A DNA stretch of 64,000 nt, from NCBI GenBank assembly GCA_021736945.1, contig JAIPEX010000002.1, positions 7,486-71,485 of the forward strand. Direction: 5' to 3'. The position numbers and the translations under genes are program-made. The DNA is from Halanaerobiales bacterium (GTDB lineage Bacteria > Bacillota > Halanaerobiia > Halanaerobiales > M55B127). Below, one piece after another: positions 1-12,342 of the stretch. Below the pieces are notes generated by a model, which was given only the letters and a program-made list of their open reading frames with translations, did not search any database and was not told the DNA's origin. The number at the start of each line of letters is the position of its first letter. Position 1 is the stretch's first letter.

Positions 1-935
1 AATCTCAATTCAAGTACTCTTTTTTCTCTATCAGTTAAAGTATCCAAAACATTATCTAATTGGTCCCTTAATAACATATAAGAAGCTGCAGATGCTGGAG
101 CTGGAGCATCCTCATCTTCGATGAAATCACCGAGATGACTATCCTCTTCTTCTCCAATTGGTGTTTCTAGAGAAACAGGCTCTTGTGCTATTTTTTTAAT
201 TTCTCTAACTTTATCAGCACTCATGTCCATTTCTTCTCCAATTTCTTCTGGAGTAGGTTCTCTTCCTTTTTCTTGTAATAATTGTCTTGAAACACGAATT
301 AACTTATTAATTGTTTCTACCATATGCACAGGTATTCTTATTGTTCTAGCCTGATCAGCAATAGAACGTGTAATAGCCTGTCTAATCCACCATGTAGCAT
401 ACGTACTAAATTTATAACCTTTAGTATAATCAAACTTTTCTACTGCCTTCATAAGGCCCATATTTCCTTCTTGAATAAGGTCTAGGAATAGCATACCTCT
501 TCCTACATACTTTTTGGCAATACTAACCACCAATCTGAGGTTAGCTTCTACTAATTGCCTTTTTGCTTCCATATCACCTTGTTCCATTCTTTTAGCAAGT
601 TCCACCTCTTCTTCAGCAGTTAATAAATCAACTTTACCTATTTCTTTTAAATACATGCGAACAGGATCATCTATTCCAACACCCTGGGGAATGCTTAAAT
701 CAAGTTCATCATCGTCTTCATCATCGTCCTCATCGTCTTCTGTATCCTCTTCTATTATATCTATATCCATCTCTGTAAATATTTCATATATTTTTTCAAT
801 ATCATCCTCATCTAATTCTACATCTTCCAGGGAACTCATTATTTCTTCATAAGTTAATTCGCCTTCTTCTTTACCTTTTTCTATTAGTTCTTTTACTTGT
901 TCGATATTTTCTGGTTTAATATCATTATTAGACAT
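1..935 (-). CDS. rpoD: RNA polymerase primary sigma factor (N-terminal ~311 aa; 3-prime end runs off the window)
   Basis: My own minus-strand translation from the ATG at 935 gives [32 protein letters not shown]..., then an acidic region 1.1, then [39 protein letters not shown] and [17 protein letters not shown] lies upstream. The gene is downstream of dnaG as in the Firmicute MMS operon. It is absent from the ORF track because it is open at the window edge. Confidence 0.95.
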   Translation of the reverse strand, partial: MSNNDIKPENIEQVKELIEKGKEEGELTYEEIMSSLEDVELDEDDIEKIYEIFTEMDIDIIEEDTEDDEDDDEDDDELDLSIPQGVGIDDPVRMYLKEIGKVDLLTAEEEVELAKRMEQGDMEAKRQLVEANLRLVVSIAKKYVGRGMLFLDLIQEGNMGLMKAVEKFDYTKGYKFSTYATWWIRQAITRSIADQARTIRIPVHMVETINKLIRVSRQLLQEKGREPTPEEIGEEMDMSADKVREIKKIAQEPVSLETPIGEEEDSHLGDFIEDEDAPAPASAASYMLLRDQLDNVLDTLTDREKRVLELR

Positions 936-952
936 GTATATTACCTCCTTTC

Positions 953-2713
953 CTAAATCTTTAATATCTCAAAATAATCTCGTAAGAGATTATTGATTTC
1001 AGTCTTACTTTCTTTTGCTTTTTTTAATTTATTATAAACCATTTTTTTAGCTCGCTTTTTATAATCATTCTGAACCATTTCAATCAATGCTTCAAACTTA
1101 TCGTCACTAACCTTTTGTCTTTCCTTAACAGTCAATATCATAAAATATTCAAGTAAATTTTCATCTTCAATTTCTTCTTCAATATTCATCTTTTTAATAT
1201 TAAATCCTTTTTCAACTATCAAACTAAAAGCTTTTTTATATATACCCTCTAAATACTTCGGGCTAATCTCATTTTTAATTATTTCAATTCTCTCAGGGTT
1301 ATCTATCAAAGTTTTTAATAATAGGTCTTGATAATTTAAATTATCAATATCTTTTTTTGAGCCCTTTTCTTTTATTCTATTCTCATTGTCATTTTCCTGC
1401 TTATTTTTTTGATTAAAAGATTCCAAGGCCTCTTTCATGGCATTTTTATCTATATTTAAAATTTCAGCTGTTTTTTCTAAATAAACATCTTGTTCAATAG
1501 GATCATCTATCTGAGAAATAATATTTAAAACTTTTTTAGACCGATGAATTCTTTGATTTATATTATAACTTTCGTTTTCATTAACTACACTTCTAATCTT
1601 AAATTCTATTAAATTATAAGAATTATTCATTAACTTTTCAAACTCTTTTGTCCCTTTTTGCTTTATAAAATCATCAGGGTCTTCCCCTTTAGGCAATTCA
1701 ATAATCCTTACATTCAAGTCGGCTTTTTTTAAAATCTCTAAACCTTTTAATGTAGCTTTTTCACCAGCAAAATCAGGATCAAACGCAATATAAACATTGT
1801 CGATATATCTTTTTAGTATTTTTGCTTGCTCTAAGGTCAAAGCAGTACCTAAAGAAGCAACTGCATTATTCAAACCATATTTATGAGCAGTTATTACATC
1901 AGTATAACCTTCCATAATTATGGCACTATTGGTCTCTCTAAAACCTTTTTTAGCCCAATTTAAACCATACAAATTTTTACTTTTATGAAAGATAATTGTT
2001 TCTGGTGAATTATAGTATTTAGGAGAATTATTGTCTTCATCATTTAATCTTCTTCCCCCAAAGGCAATAACTTCACCTTGAGAATTAAAAATGGGAAACA
2101 TTATCCTATCACGAAATTTATCATAATAATTGTCATTTTTATTCCCTATCAGACCAGATTCACTTAATATTTTATTATCATAATCTCGCTTTTTTAAAAA
2201 ATAGTATAAACTGTGCCAACTATCCGGAGCATAACCCAAATGATATCTTTCGATATCTTTTTCAGTATATCCACGTTTTATCAAATATTTGTAAGCATCA
2301 TTTCCAACCTGCTTATTTAATAATAAATAATTATAAAACTTAGCTGCTAATTGATGTATTTCAAAAACTTTTTCACGTTTTCTATTATATTCTTTTGAAT
2401 ACCCCTTTGAATTAGGCATTTCCATATTATTCTTTTTTGCTAAAAGTCGCAAACTTTCATAAAAAGTAATATTTTCAATTTCCATTATAAAATTAAAAAT
2501 ATCCCCACCTTTTCCACAACCAAAACAATAAAAAAATTGATTATCGGGATTAACAGTAAAGGATGGAGTATTTTCTTGATGAAATGGGCAAAGCCCCTGA
2601 TAATTTTTTCCAGTTCTTTTTAAATTGACGTATTCAGAAACCACCTCTACTATATCGGTTTGTTCTTTTACTTTGTCACTAAAATTTTCATTATTTTGTC
2701 TCATAAACATCAT
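953..2713 (-). CDS. dnaG: DNA primase
   Basis: It has a CHC2 zinc finger ([15 protein letters not shown]...[11 protein letters not shown]) and a TOPRIM region ([10 protein letters not shown]...DPD). It is adjacent to rpoD. The start could be any of three nearby Met codons. Confidence 0.95.
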   Translation of the reverse strand: MMFMRQNNENFSDKVKEQTDIVEVVSEYVNLKRTGKNYQGLCPFHQENTPSFTVNPDNQFFYCFGCGKGGDIFNFIMEIENITFYESLRLLAKKNNMEMPNSKGYSKEYNRKREKVFEIHQLAAKFYNYLLLNKQVGNDAYKYLIKRGYTEKDIERYHLGYAPDSWHSLYYFLKKRDYDNKILSESGLIGNKNDNYYDKFRDRIMFPIFNSQGEVIAFGGRRLNDEDNNSPKYYNSPETIIFHKSKNLYGLNWAKKGFRETNSAIIMEGYTDVITAHKYGLNNAVASLGTALTLEQAKILKRYIDNVYIAFDPDFAGEKATLKGLEILKKADLNVRIIELPKGEDPDDFIKQKGTKEFEKLMNNSYNLIEFKIRSVVNENESYNINQRIHRSKKVLNIISQIDDPIEQDVYLEKTAEILNIDKNAMKEALESFNQKNKQENDNENRIKEKGSKKDIDNLNYQDLLLKTLIDNPERIEIIKNEISPKYLEGIYKKAFSLIVEKGFNIKKMNIEEEIEDENLLEYFMILTVKERQKVSDDKFEALIEMVQNDYKKRAKKMVYNKLKKAKESKTEINNLLRDYFEILKI

Positions 2714-2834
2714 TCCTGCTATTTATATTATTCTTTAAAGTTAAAAAAAATCCTTCAATATTTAATTAGCATATTGTATTGGCACATAGTGATTTATTCA
2801 GGAGTTAATGGTAAATTCCTGCATAAAATTTAAT

Positions 2835-3839
2835 TTATTTTACAAACCAAGGTTCCGGAATATATATATCTTTACCTATTTTAATAGCGTAACGATCTGA
2901 CATTCCGGCAATATAGTCGATAATAATCTGTTCAATATTATCATTTGTTTCTTTCAGAAATTCTTTAGGTAATCTCTCAGGTTTTTCTTTGTAAAAATCA
3001 TAAAGCAATTTTATTAATCTTTTCGCTTTATCTTCTTCTTTTTTTGCAGATGATCCAAAATATATATTTTCAAAAAGGAATTTTCTTAATTTTTGAGTTG
3101 CTTTATAAACCTTTTCCCCTCTTTTTATTTCATTTTTGTTTTCGCTTTCAATAATCATATCTCTTACCATTGTATCTATTCTTTGAGAATGAGTTTCCCC
3201 TAATACTTTAATTGCTTTCTGTGGTAAATCTTTTAACTCAATTAGACCGGCTCTTAAAGCATCATCTATATCATGATTAATATAAGCAATACGATCTGCA
3301 ATTCTAACAATACATCCTTCAAGAGTCTCAGGTTTATTTTCTCCAGTATGATTAGAAATCCCATCTCTAACTTCTTTTGTTAAATTTAAACCTGGCATAT
3401 CTTCTTTCCTTTTTTCCAATACATTTACTACTCTTAAACTTTGCTTGTTGTGTGAAAACTCACCTTCACACACTTGGTTAATTGCCTCTTCCCCAGCATG
3501 ACCAAAGGGAGTATGCCCCAAATCATGTCCTAAAGATATTGCTTCTGTTAAATCTTCATTTAATCTTAAACTTCTAGCGATTGTTCTTGCAATTTGAGAG
3601 ACTTCTAAAGTATGAGTTAATCTAGTTCTATAATGGTCACCTTCAGGAGCTATAAATACTTGAGTTTTATGTTTTAGTCTCCTAAAAGCTTTTGAATGAA
3701 TGATTCTATCTCTATCTCTTTGAAAACAGGTTCTAAAATCATCTGGTTCTTCTTTATATTGTCTCCCTGCACTATTAATACTAAGTTGAGCAAATTTTGA
3801 GAGTTCTCGTTTTTCTTTTTCTTCAAGATATTTTCTCAT
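2835..3839 (-). CDS. dGTP triphosphohydrolase-like HD-domain protein
   Basis: Motifs: FQRDRDRIIHSKAFRRLKHKTQVF, HYRTRLTHTLEVSQIAR, GHDLGHTPFGH. Confidence 0.85.
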   Translation of the reverse strand: MRKYLEEKEKRELSKFAQLSINSAGRQYKEEPDDFRTCFQRDRDRIIHSKAFRRLKHKTQVFIAPEGDHYRTRLTHTLEVSQIARTIARSLRLNEDLTEAISLGHDLGHTPFGHAGEEAINQVCEGEFSHNKQSLRVVNVLEKRKEDMPGLNLTKEVRDGISNHTGENKPETLEGCIVRIADRIAYINHDIDDALRAGLIELKDLPQKAIKVLGETHSQRIDTMVRDMIIESENKNEIKRGEKVYKATQKLRKFLFENIYFGSSAKKEEDKAKRLIKLLYDFYKEKPERLPKEFLKETNDNIEQIIIDYIAGMSDRYAIKIGKDIYIPEPWFVK

Positions 3840-3863
3840 AAACTTTTCCCCTTTTTTATAATT

Positions 3864-3900
3864 AAAAGAAAGAAGAATCCATACCTCAAAGTATGGATCC
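3864..3900 (-). terminator. Rho-independent terminator after ppdK
   Basis: On minus-strand RNA, GGAUCCAUAC-uuugag-GUAUGGAUUC forms 10 bp including one G.U. It is followed by UUCUUUCUUUU. Confidence 0.6.
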
Positions 3901-3942
3901 TCCTTTCAATAAAAGTATTCTTAATTATTAAATACTATCTTG

Positions 3943-6606
3943 TCATTCTTTATCTTCTAATTGAGCTTGAGCAGCAGACAATCTAGCGATTGGGACTCTA
4001 AATGGAGAACAAGATACATAATCTAATCCAGCTCTATGACAGAATTTCACAGAACTTGGTTCTCCGCCGTGTTCTCCACAAATACCAACTTTTAAGTCAT
4101 TTCTTGTAGAGCGACCTTTTTCTACTCCAATTTTCATTAACTCTCCGACTCCTGGTTGGTCTAAGACTTGAAACGGATTATCCTCAAAAATATTATCCTC
4201 TATATATTGTGCTAAGAATTTCCCTTCTGCATCATCACGACTAAAGCCGTAAGTAGTTTGAGTTAGGTCATTAGTCCCAAAGGAAAAGAATTCTGCTTCT
4301 TTAGCTATTTTATCGGCTGTAACACAAGCTCTTGGAAGTTCAATCATTGTACCAATTGAGTAATCTAATTCAACTCCTAATTCTTCTAATACTTCTTCAG
4401 CAGCTTTTTTTGCCACCTCTTTGGTTATTTCTAATTCACTAATATCAGAAACTAGCGGAATCATCACTTCCGGAGTTACTTCCTTGCCTTCAAGTACTAA
4501 TTCTCCTGCCGCTTCAAAAATTGCTCTCACTTGCATTGCATATATCTCAGGATAGCTGACACCTAATCTACAACCACGGTGTCCTAGCATTGGATTGACT
4601 TCTTCAAGTCTTTCCATAGCTTTAAGCATATTCTGTTTTTCTTTTAATTTTTCTTCATCATTACCTTTAATTTTTAATTCTGTTACTTCTACAAGTAATT
4701 CATCATGATCAGGTAAAAATTCATGTAGTGGTGGATCTAATAGTCTTATAGTAACTGGTCTTGCACCCATAGCTTCAAAAATACCTTTGAAGTCTTCTTT
4801 CTGCATGGGCTGTAATTTATCTAAAGCTTCTTTTCTTGTTTCTTTATCTGCTGCAAGTATCATATCTTGTACGATGGGTAAACGATCTTCTGCAAAGAAC
4901 ATATGCTCTGTTCTTGTCAAGCCAATACCTTCTGCACCATATTCAATTGCTTTAGCAGCATCTTCTGGAGTATCAGCGTTAGTTCTAACTCCAAGTGTTC
5001 TAAATTGATCTGCCCATTCCATAATCTGTTCAAAGTTTTCATCCATTTCTGGGTCAATTGTAGGAGCAACTCCATATGATACTTCACCATTTCCACCATC
5101 AATTGTAATATATTCATCTTTTTTAATAGTACGTCCATCTACAAAAAATTGTTCTTTTTCATAATCTACATCAATATCTTCACAACCTGCAACAGCTGGT
5201 TTACCCATACCACGAGCTACTACTGCAGCATGACTTGTCATTCCACCGCGAGAAGTTAATACACCCTGAGCAGCTGCCATACCATGGATATCTTCAGGGG
5301 AAGTTTCAGTTCTTACTAGAATGACTTCTTCACCTGCATCACCGCGTTCTGCAGCTTCATCAGAATCAAATACTACTTTACCTGAAGCCGCTCCTGGGGA
5401 TGCATCTAATCCAACAGCTAAAATATCAACATCTGCATCTGGATCTATTCTCTTATGGAGTAACTGGTCTAATTTCTTAGGTTCAATTCTTTGTACTGCA
5501 GTTTCTTTATCGATTAGTCCTTCATCTACCATATCTACTGCAATTTTGACTGCAGCACTTGCAGTTCTTTTACCAGTTCTTGTTTGAAGCATAAATAATT
5601 CGCCTTGTTGTATGGTAAATTCAACATCTTGAACATCTTTATAATGTTGCTCTAATTTTTCAAAAATTTCAACTAATTGGTCATAGGCTTTAGGCATATC
5701 ATTTTTTAATTCGGAAATATCTTTTGGAGTACGAACACCTGAAACAACATCTTCACCCTGAGCGTTCTTTAAATATTCACCATAATATTTCTTTTCACCA
5801 GTAGAAGGATTACGGGTAAATGCTACCCCAGTACCACAATTTTCTCCCATATTACCATAAACCATAGTTTGTACATTAACAGCAGTTCCCCAATGATGTG
5901 GTATATCATTTAGATTTCTATAACTAATAGCTCTTTCATTATTCCATGAACCAAATACAGCTGTAATAGCTTTCCATAGTTGTTCTTTGGGATCTTCTGG
6001 GAATTCAACACCTGTCTCTTTTTTAATATATGCTTTAAATTCTTCAACAAGTTCTTTTAAAGCTTCAACTCCTAAATCAGTATCCACTTCAGCGTTGTAT
6101 TCTTCTTTCTTTTCTTCAATTATTTCTTCAAAATCACTTCCATCCATACCTAGAACAACATTACCATACATTTGAACAAATCTACGATATGAATCATAAG
6201 CAAATCTTTCATTACCTGTTTGTTTTGCTAAACCCTTGACAGTTACATCATTTAATCCTAGATTTAATACAGTATCCATCATACCAGGCATTGATTCTCT
6301 TGCTCCAGATCTAACTGAAACTAATAAAGGATCATCAGGATCTCCAAAATCTTTACCCATTAGGTTTTCTAATCTATCTAAATTTTCTTCTACTTCTTCT
6401 TCTAAGCCTTCTGGATAATTTTCATCATTTTCGTAATATAAAGTACATACTTCAGTAGTTATAGTAAATCCTGGTGGGACATTGATTCCCAAATTAGTCA
6501 TCTCTGCTAAATTGGCACCTTTACCACCTAGTAAGTTTTTTAATCCGGTTCTACCATCAGCTTCTCCACCACCGAAAAAATATACATATTTTTGTTCTTC
6601 TGACAT
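3943..6606 (-). CDS. ppdK: pyruvate, phosphate dikinase
   Basis: 887 aa. It has an N-terminal ATP-grasp region, the phospho-His swivel motif GGMTSHAAVVARGMG, and C-terminal PEP-utilizer TIM motifs (FFSFGTNDLTQ, GICGEHGG). Confidence 0.95.
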   Translation of the reverse strand: MSEEQKYVYFFGGGEADGRTGLKNLLGGKGANLAEMTNLGINVPPGFTITTEVCTLYYENDENYPEGLEEEVEENLDRLENLMGKDFGDPDDPLLVSVRSGARESMPGMMDTVLNLGLNDVTVKGLAKQTGNERFAYDSYRRFVQMYGNVVLGMDGSDFEEIIEEKKEEYNAEVDTDLGVEALKELVEEFKAYIKKETGVEFPEDPKEQLWKAITAVFGSWNNERAISYRNLNDIPHHWGTAVNVQTMVYGNMGENCGTGVAFTRNPSTGEKKYYGEYLKNAQGEDVVSGVRTPKDISELKNDMPKAYDQLVEIFEKLEQHYKDVQDVEFTIQQGELFMLQTRTGKRTASAAVKIAVDMVDEGLIDKETAVQRIEPKKLDQLLHKRIDPDADVDILAVGLDASPGAASGKVVFDSDEAAERGDAGEEVILVRTETSPEDIHGMAAAQGVLTSRGGMTSHAAVVARGMGKPAVAGCEDIDVDYEKEQFFVDGRTIKKDEYITIDGGNGEVSYGVAPTIDPEMDENFEQIMEWADQFRTLGVRTNADTPEDAAKAIEYGAEGIGLTRTEHMFFAEDRLPIVQDMILAADKETRKEALDKLQPMQKEDFKGIFEAMGARPVTIRLLDPPLHEFLPDHDELLVEVTELKIKGNDEEKLKEKQNMLKAMERLEEVNPMLGHRGCRLGVSYPEIYAMQVRAIFEAAGELVLEGKEVTPEVMIPLVSDISELEITKEVAKKAAEEVLEELGVELDYSIGTMIELPRACVTADKIAKEAEFFSFGTNDLTQTTYGFSRDDAEGKFLAQYIEDNIFEDNPFQVLDQPGVGELMKIGVEKGRSTRNDLKVGICGEHGGEPSSVKFCHRAGLDYVSCSPFRVPIARLSAAQAQLEDKE

Positions 6607-6835
6607 TAAATTTATACCTCCTCTAGTTTGTTTGAAATATTAGGCTACTATATTAGTATATAATAACAATTAAATATATTTAAATTTTAACTAATATATC
6701 TATTTGTTATTAACCACCTCCTGAAAATTAATACTGCAGTAATAGGTTATATTTTTGTTATAAATTACAATTAACTTTACATGCAATTATAAATATTCAA
6801 TACAAAACTTAAAATACCTGCTTGAAATATTGATT

Positions 6836-8923
6836 TTATTGTTTATAACTAAAGTCACCAAGACTTTTCATTAAAATTTGGATTTTCTTGAGTAACGCAA
6901 GTCTATTTTCTTTAACAGTTTGTTCTTCAACCATTACCCTTACTTCTTCAAAGAAATCATGAATAGGATCTATTATTTTTATAAGACTATGATATGCATT
7001 TTTAAGATTATTTTCATTTATATATTTATTGACTTCATTTTTTATCTCTTTATACTCATTGTATAATACTTTTTCTTCTTCTTTTTTAAACAACTCAGGA
7101 TTAACTTCTATTTCTGGTTTTTCTTTAATAATACTGTCAACTCTATTGAAAGCAGTTAAAAAGTTTTCAAATGAATTTTTATTTTTAACTTCATCTAGCA
7201 GTGTTACAGCTTTTTTAACAAGAGGAATTGAAAGTGGTAATCCATATAATACAGTTCGAATTATATCGATATCATAACCTCTTTCTTTTAAAATGTATTC
7301 CACTCTATCTAACATAAATTCATGTATTTCAGAAATTAATTTTTCAGAATTTAATTTTAATTCCTGCTCAGAATTCTCAAAAACTTCCAAGCTATCTTTA
7401 AAAAGATTATCAATCTTTACTTCATAACTTAAATCTTCTATGAGTCTAACGATACCTGTGGCAGCTCTTCTCAACCCGTATGGATCTTGTGAACCTGTTG
7501 GAATTAAATTGATACCAAAAAATCCTGTTAAGGTGTCAATTTTATCACTCAAACTAACTATTTTACCAAGTTTCGTTCCAGGCAATTTGCTTTGAGCTGA
7601 ATCCGGTAAATAATGGTCCCTGATAGCCAATGAAATATCTTCATTCAAACCGTGATTTCTAGTATAAATACTGCCCATAACTCCTTGTAATTCTGGAAAT
7701 TCTCTAACCATTTGTGAAACTAAATCTATTTTAGCATATTTAGAAGCTGATTTAATGTTTTCAGTTTGTTTTTTACTCATATCCAATTTTTTAGCTATTT
7801 TTTCACTCAATTTAATATTTCTTTTTGTCTTATCATACATACTGCCTAGTTCTTCTCTTAAGATTAAACCTTTTAAATCTTCTAAGAAATTATCTAAATC
7901 CTTTTTTATATCTCTTTGATAGTAAAATTCTGCATCATCTAGTCTAGCCTTTAAAACTTTTTCATTTCCTTCTCTTACATTATCAATATAATCTTTTCCA
8001 CCTTCTTTTACAACAATGAACTTATTACTCAAATTATCATTCTGGTCCCAAAGTGGAAAATATCTTTGGTGTTCTTTTAATGGAGTTACAATAACCGGCT
8101 CCGGTAAGGTTAAGTATTTTTCTTCAAAACTAGCGAGAAAAGGACTGGGATTCTCAACTAAATGAATAACTTCTTCCATTAATTGATTATCTAATTTAAA
8201 TTTTAATTTTTTTTCTAATATTATTGTCCCGATTTCTTCAAGAATGATTTCTCTTCTTTTTTGAGGATCTACTATTACATTAGCTTTCTTTAAAGTCCTT
8301 TCATATTCATTAACAGAACTTATTGTAAATTCTTTATTGGACATAAACCTATGGCCCCAAGTTTTATTATCTGATTTTAAATGTTCTAACTGAAATTCAA
8401 TGGTTTTATCATTAAATAGAGCTAATAACCAATGGATTGGGCGTATAAATTTTAAATTATGGTCACCCCATCTCATGGTTATTGGTAAATTTACTTCTTT
8501 AATTAATCTTTTATAAATATTTTTAAGTAATTCTTCAGTCTTTTTTCTATCCTGCTCGATAACAGCATATAAGTAAATGCCACGGTCTGTCTCTCTTTCT
8601 TCTAAATCATCTACTTCAATATTATGATTACCTGCAAAACCTGTAGCTGCTTTAGTCGGATTTCCTTCATCATCAAAAGCAATATTTTTGGGAGGCCCTT
8701 TAATTTCTTTTACCTCCTGTTTCTGATATTCAGATATATCTTGTACTTCCACCGCAATTCTTCTTGGAGCACCATACACTTTAATTTTATCATAATCAAT
8801 TCTATTTTCGTCTAATAATTCCTGCATTTTATTTTTTAAGTTACTATATATATCTTTTACTAATTTGGCTGGAATTTCTTCAGTTCCTATCTCCAAAAGA
8901 CTTTGATTACTCATTGTTTTCAC
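6836..8923 (-). CDS. glyS: glycine--tRNA ligase beta subunit
   Basis: 695 aa. It begins [11 protein letters not shown], which is typical of GlyS, and it overlaps the glyQ stop. Confidence 0.9.
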   Translation of the reverse strand: MKTMSNQSLLEIGTEEIPAKLVKDIYSNLKNKMQELLDENRIDYDKIKVYGAPRRIAVEVQDISEYQKQEVKEIKGPPKNIAFDDEGNPTKAATGFAGNHNIEVDDLEERETDRGIYLYAVIEQDRKKTEELLKNIYKRLIKEVNLPITMRWGDHNLKFIRPIHWLLALFNDKTIEFQLEHLKSDNKTWGHRFMSNKEFTISSVNEYERTLKKANVIVDPQKRREIILEEIGTIILEKKLKFKLDNQLMEEVIHLVENPSPFLASFEEKYLTLPEPVIVTPLKEHQRYFPLWDQNDNLSNKFIVVKEGGKDYIDNVREGNEKVLKARLDDAEFYYQRDIKKDLDNFLEDLKGLILREELGSMYDKTKRNIKLSEKIAKKLDMSKKQTENIKSASKYAKIDLVSQMVREFPELQGVMGSIYTRNHGLNEDISLAIRDHYLPDSAQSKLPGTKLGKIVSLSDKIDTLTGFFGINLIPTGSQDPYGLRRAATGIVRLIEDLSYEVKIDNLFKDSLEVFENSEQELKLNSEKLISEIHEFMLDRVEYILKERGYDIDIIRTVLYGLPLSIPLVKKAVTLLDEVKNKNSFENFLTAFNRVDSIIKEKPEIEVNPELFKKEEEKVLYNEYKEIKNEVNKYINENNLKNAYHSLIKIIDPIHDFFEEVRVMVEEQTVKENRLALLKKIQILMKSLGDFSYKQ

Positions 8924-9794
8924 TTCCTTCCAACAAGGGAAAATCTAATGACTCTCGCTTCTCCACATATGCTTTGGCACATTTTCTTGCTAAATCTCTT
9001 ACCCGTGCTATATAACCAGTTCTCTCAGATACACTTATTGCTCCACGGGCATCTAATAGATTAAAAACATGGGAACATTTCAATGTATAATCATAAGCTG
9101 GGTAAACTAAATCCTTCTCTGCCAAATTGATTGCTTCATCTTCATATATTTTAAATAGATTGTTTAAATTTTCTATACTTGACTCTTCAAAATTATAAAC
9201 AGAATTTTCTTTTTCAATCTGAAGATTAACATTTCTATAATTAATTCCATTTACCCATTCAATATCAAATATATTATCAACATCCTGTAAATACATAGCT
9301 ATTCTTTCTAATCCATATGTTATTTCTACAGTTACAGGATTGCAATCTAAGCCACCTACTTGTTGAAAATAAGTAAATTGAGTTATCTCCATACCATCTA
9401 ACCACACTTCCCAGCCAAGTCCCCAGGCACCTAACGTGGGAGCTTCCCAGTTGTCTTCCACAAATCTAATATCATGTTTTTGAGGATTAATACCTAATGC
9501 TTTTAAACTATCCAGATACATTGCTTGTATATTATCAGGAGAAGGTTTAATGATTACTTGATACTGCAAATATCTCTGCAATCGAAAAGGATTTTCTCCA
9601 TATCTACCATCTGCAGGTCTTCTACAAGGTTGTACATAACCAGTTCTCCATGGTTCTGGACCTAAAGATCTTAAAAATGTTGAAGGACTCATTGTTCCTG
9701 CTCCAACTTCTGTATCATACGGTTGTTCAATTATACAGTTATGATCACTCCAAAATTTGTGTAAATTTTGTATCATATTTTGAAAATTCATCAT
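8907..9794 (-). CDS. glyQ: glycine--tRNA ligase alpha subunit
   Basis: The sequence is highly conserved GlyQ: [54 protein letters not shown]. Confidence 0.95.
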   Translation of the reverse strand: MMNFQNMIQNLHKFWSDHNCIIEQPYDTEVGAGTMSPSTFLRSLGPEPWRTGYVQPCRRPADGRYGENPFRLQRYLQYQVIIKPSPDNIQAMYLDSLKALGINPQKHDIRFVEDNWEAPTLGAWGLGWEVWLDGMEITQFTYFQQVGGLDCNPVTVEITYGLERIAMYLQDVDNIFDIEWVNGINYRNVNLQIEKENSVYNFEESSIENLNNLFKIYEDEAINLAEKDLVYPAYDYTLKCSHVFNLLDARGAISVSERTGYIARVRDLARKCAKAYVEKRESLDFPLLEGSENNE

Positions 9795-9878
9795 AAATCA
9801 TTCCTTCCGATAATAACTCGTTTTTTATAATACAAATACCTCATCTCAAACAGAGACGAGGTAGATATTTCTACCTTT

Positions 9879-10655
9879 TTAGTTTTCATCTAATCCTTTT
9901 ATAATTTGTAAGAAGTCCTCAGATTTCAATTTGAAATCTAAATGATATAAAATAAATTTATCAATTAATTTATCTATACTATTTAATAAATCTTCTGCAA
10001 CATTCAATCCATCTAAGGAATCTATACCAGCTCTATAAACTCTTTTTATTAAATCAACTTGTTTTTGCTTTAAAATATCAAAGTCACTATTTCTTGCCCT
10101 TACACAGTTGGAACAAATGAGCCCACCTTCTTGTACATTAAAATGTTGTTTTTTTAAAGTCTTATGTTTTTTACCACATTCATAACAAAAATTTATTCTA
10201 GGTTGAACTCCTATATATTTTAAAAATAATAATTTAAAAACAATATTAATCTTATTTAACTCTTTTTTTGATCCTCTTGCCATTTTATAAAAAGTTGTTA
10301 ATAAAAGTTTGAATAAGGGCTGATTTGGGTGATATTCCATACCAGCTTTCTCAACCATTTCTGAAAAATAAGAAGCATAAGCCATCTTGTCCAGATTATT
10401 TCTTAATTCTTCAAAACGATGAATGCTATCAACATTATTTATTCGATCCAAAGAATTGTTTTTATAAACTTTTATATAATTATAGCAATAAGGTAAAACC
10501 ACAGCTGATATTTTGTTGTTTTTTGAATTTCTTGCTTTTTTAACAACTGCTCTTATTTTACCTTCATCTAATGTATAGAAAGTTATTATTTTATCAGCTT
10601 CACCCAAATCAAATTGTTTTAATACTATGGCTTCTGTTTCAATCAAAGACATCAA
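9879..10655 (-). CDS. recO: DNA repair protein RecO
   Basis: It has an N-terminal OB-fold pattern (EAIVL..FDLGEADKIITFYT..GK) and a C-terminal zinc motif CYECG...CSNC. It lies in the era-recO-glyQS synteny. Confidence 0.85.
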   Translation of the reverse strand: MMSLIETEAIVLKQFDLGEADKIITFYTLDEGKIRAVVKKARNSKNNKISAVVLPYCYNYIKVYKNNSLDRINNVDSIHRFEELRNNLDKMAYASYFSEMVEKAGMEYHPNQPLFKLLLTTFYKMARGSKKELNKINIVFKLLFLKYIGVQPRINFCYECGKKHKTLKKQHFNVQEGGLICSNCVRARNSDFDILKQKQVDLIKRVYRAGIDSLDGLNVAEDLLNSIDKLIDKFILYHLDFKLKSEDFLQIIKGLDEN

Positions 10656-10667
10656 ATTTCCTTCTTT

Positions 10668-11351
10668 CTAATCCTTTGTATCAGTAACTATAGCAACTCC
10701 TGAACTAGCACCTAACCTGTTAGCACCAGCATCTAACATTGATAGTGCATCATCAAAATCTTTAATACCGCCTGAAGCTTTTACTCCAATATCTCTACCG
10801 ACTGTTTTGCGCATAATACTAACGTCTTCTTCAACAGCACCTTCGGGTCCAAAACCAGTAGATGTTTTTACAAAATCTCCTCCTGCATCTTTCACTATCT
10901 CACAAGCTTTTACTATTTCATCTTCATTTAAATAACAAGTTTCTATAATTACTTTAACAATAACATCTGAAGTAACTCCAGATGCTTTTGTAGCATCTTT
11001 AACAGCTTTAATATCAGATCTAACTAAATCATAAGCACCAGATTTAAAGGCTCCAATATTCATAACCATATCTACCTCTTGGGCACCATTTTTAATAGCA
11101 TTTTTAGTTTCAAATGCCTTTGTTTCAGAGGTATTTGCTCCTAATGGAAATCCTATAACAGTAGCTACTTTTACAGAGGATTCTTGTAGCATTTTAGTTG
11201 CTAAAGGCACATAAATAGGATGAATACATACCGAAGCAAATTGATATTCTAAAGCCTCCTCACATAATTCTTTGATATCATCAACAGTTGCAGTAGCATT
11301 TAAATTTGTATGGTCAATCATTTTAGCCATATCTCTCGGTTTAATCGCCAC
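10668..11351 (-). CDS. deoC: deoxyribose-phosphate aldolase
   Basis: DeoC pattern: IDHTNL...CIHP...FVKTSTGF...VKASGGI. Confidence 0.9.
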   Translation of the reverse strand: MAIKPRDMAKMIDHTNLNATATVDDIKELCEEALEYQFASVCIHPIYVPLATKMLQESSVKVATVIGFPLGANTSETKAFETKNAIKNGAQEVDMVMNIGAFKSGAYDLVRSDIKAVKDATKASGVTSDVIVKVIIETCYLNEDEIVKACEIVKDAGGDFVKTSTGFGPEGAVEEDVSIMRKTVGRDIGVKASGGIKDFDDALSMLDAGANRLGASSGVAIVTDTKD

Positions 11352-11457
11352 TATTAATCACTCCTTTTCCCTTTTAAATAATTATTATTTGAATTCTTAA
11401 AAACTTTTTCTAAAAGTAATAATCTATAAAAAAACTTTAAATTTATATTTTTAAATT

Positions 11458-12342
11458 TTAACTTTTATAACCCATTCTTTTTAATAAATTTTCATCTTCA
11501 CGCCAATCTTTTTCAACTTTAACCCAAAGATCTAGATATACCTTTTGTTGAAGTAGTTTTTCAATATCTTTTCTAGCTCTTGTACCTATTTTTTTAAGCA
11601 TTTTACCATTTTTACCTATAATTATACCTTTATGCGATCTTTTTTCTACATAAATATTAGCTCTAATATACATAATATCATCATTACGCTCTTCCATCTC
11701 TTCTATCAAAACCGCAATACCAAATGGAACTTCTTCTCTCAGCAAATAGAAAGTTTTTTCTCTAATCATTTCAGCTACAATAAACTGTTCAATTTGGTCA
11801 GTAATCATATCATCTGGGAAATATTGAGGACCTTCAGGTAATTTTTCAAAGACTCGATCTAATAAACTATCTATATTTCTACCTGTTTTAGATGATATTG
11901 GTATAATATCTTCCTTTATTCTTTTTTGGTATTGTTTTAATACATTAGGCAGCTCTTTTTTCTTTATCTTATCAATTTTATTTAATACTACCAAAAAAGG
12001 AGTCGAAGAGTTTTTTATTTGATTATATATTACTTGATCTTGTTTTTTAAAACTACTCGTTGCATCAAACATTAATATTATAATATCTATACCTTCTATA
12101 CTTTTATATGCTTCATTTACCATATAACGATCTAAGTCATTTTTGGTTTTGTAAATACCTGGGGTATCTACAAAAATAATTTGTCCTTCATCTGTAGTGT
12201 ATATAGTTTTAATACTATTCCTTGTAGTCTGAGGTCTGGGAGATGTGATGGATATTTTCTCTCCTATTAAATAATTAACTAGTGTTGATTTACCAACATT
12301 AGGTCTACCAATTATTGTTGCAAAACCTGATTTAAAACTCAT
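11458..12342 (-). CDS. era: GTPase Era
   Basis: G motifs GRPNVGKST, DTPG and NKID, plus a C-terminal KH domain (GIIIGKNGKMLKKIG). Confidence 0.95.
   Translation of the reverse strand: MSFKSGFATIIGRPNVGKSTLVNYLIGEKISITSPRPQTTRNSIKTIYTTDEGQIIFVDTPGIYKTKNDLDRYMVNEAYKSIEGIDIIILMFDATSSFKKQDQVIYNQIKNSSTPFLVVLNKIDKIKKKELPNVLKQYQKRIKEDIIPISSKTGRNIDSLLDRVFEKLPEGPQYFPDDMITDQIEQFIVAEMIREKTFYLLREEVPFGIAVLIEEMEERNDDIMYIRANIYVEKRSHKGIIIGKNGKMLKKIGTRARKDIEKLLQQKVYLDLWVKVEKDWREDENLLKRMGYKS

Noticed and set aside
514-852. 112-aa Ser-rich plus-strand ORF (poly-S run).
   Set aside because: It is antisense to the acidic D/E-rich region 1.1 of rpoD, where GAT/GAA codons read as TC-rich Ser codons on the opposite strand. 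It has no SD and lies fully inside a confident gene.
9795-9878. I looked for a glycine T-box or riboswitch upstream of glyQS.
   Set aside because: The gap is only 84 nt. It holds one hairpin (CCUCGUCUC-uguuu-GAGAUGAGG) that is best read as a weak recO terminator or processing site. No T-box or specifier elements are present.
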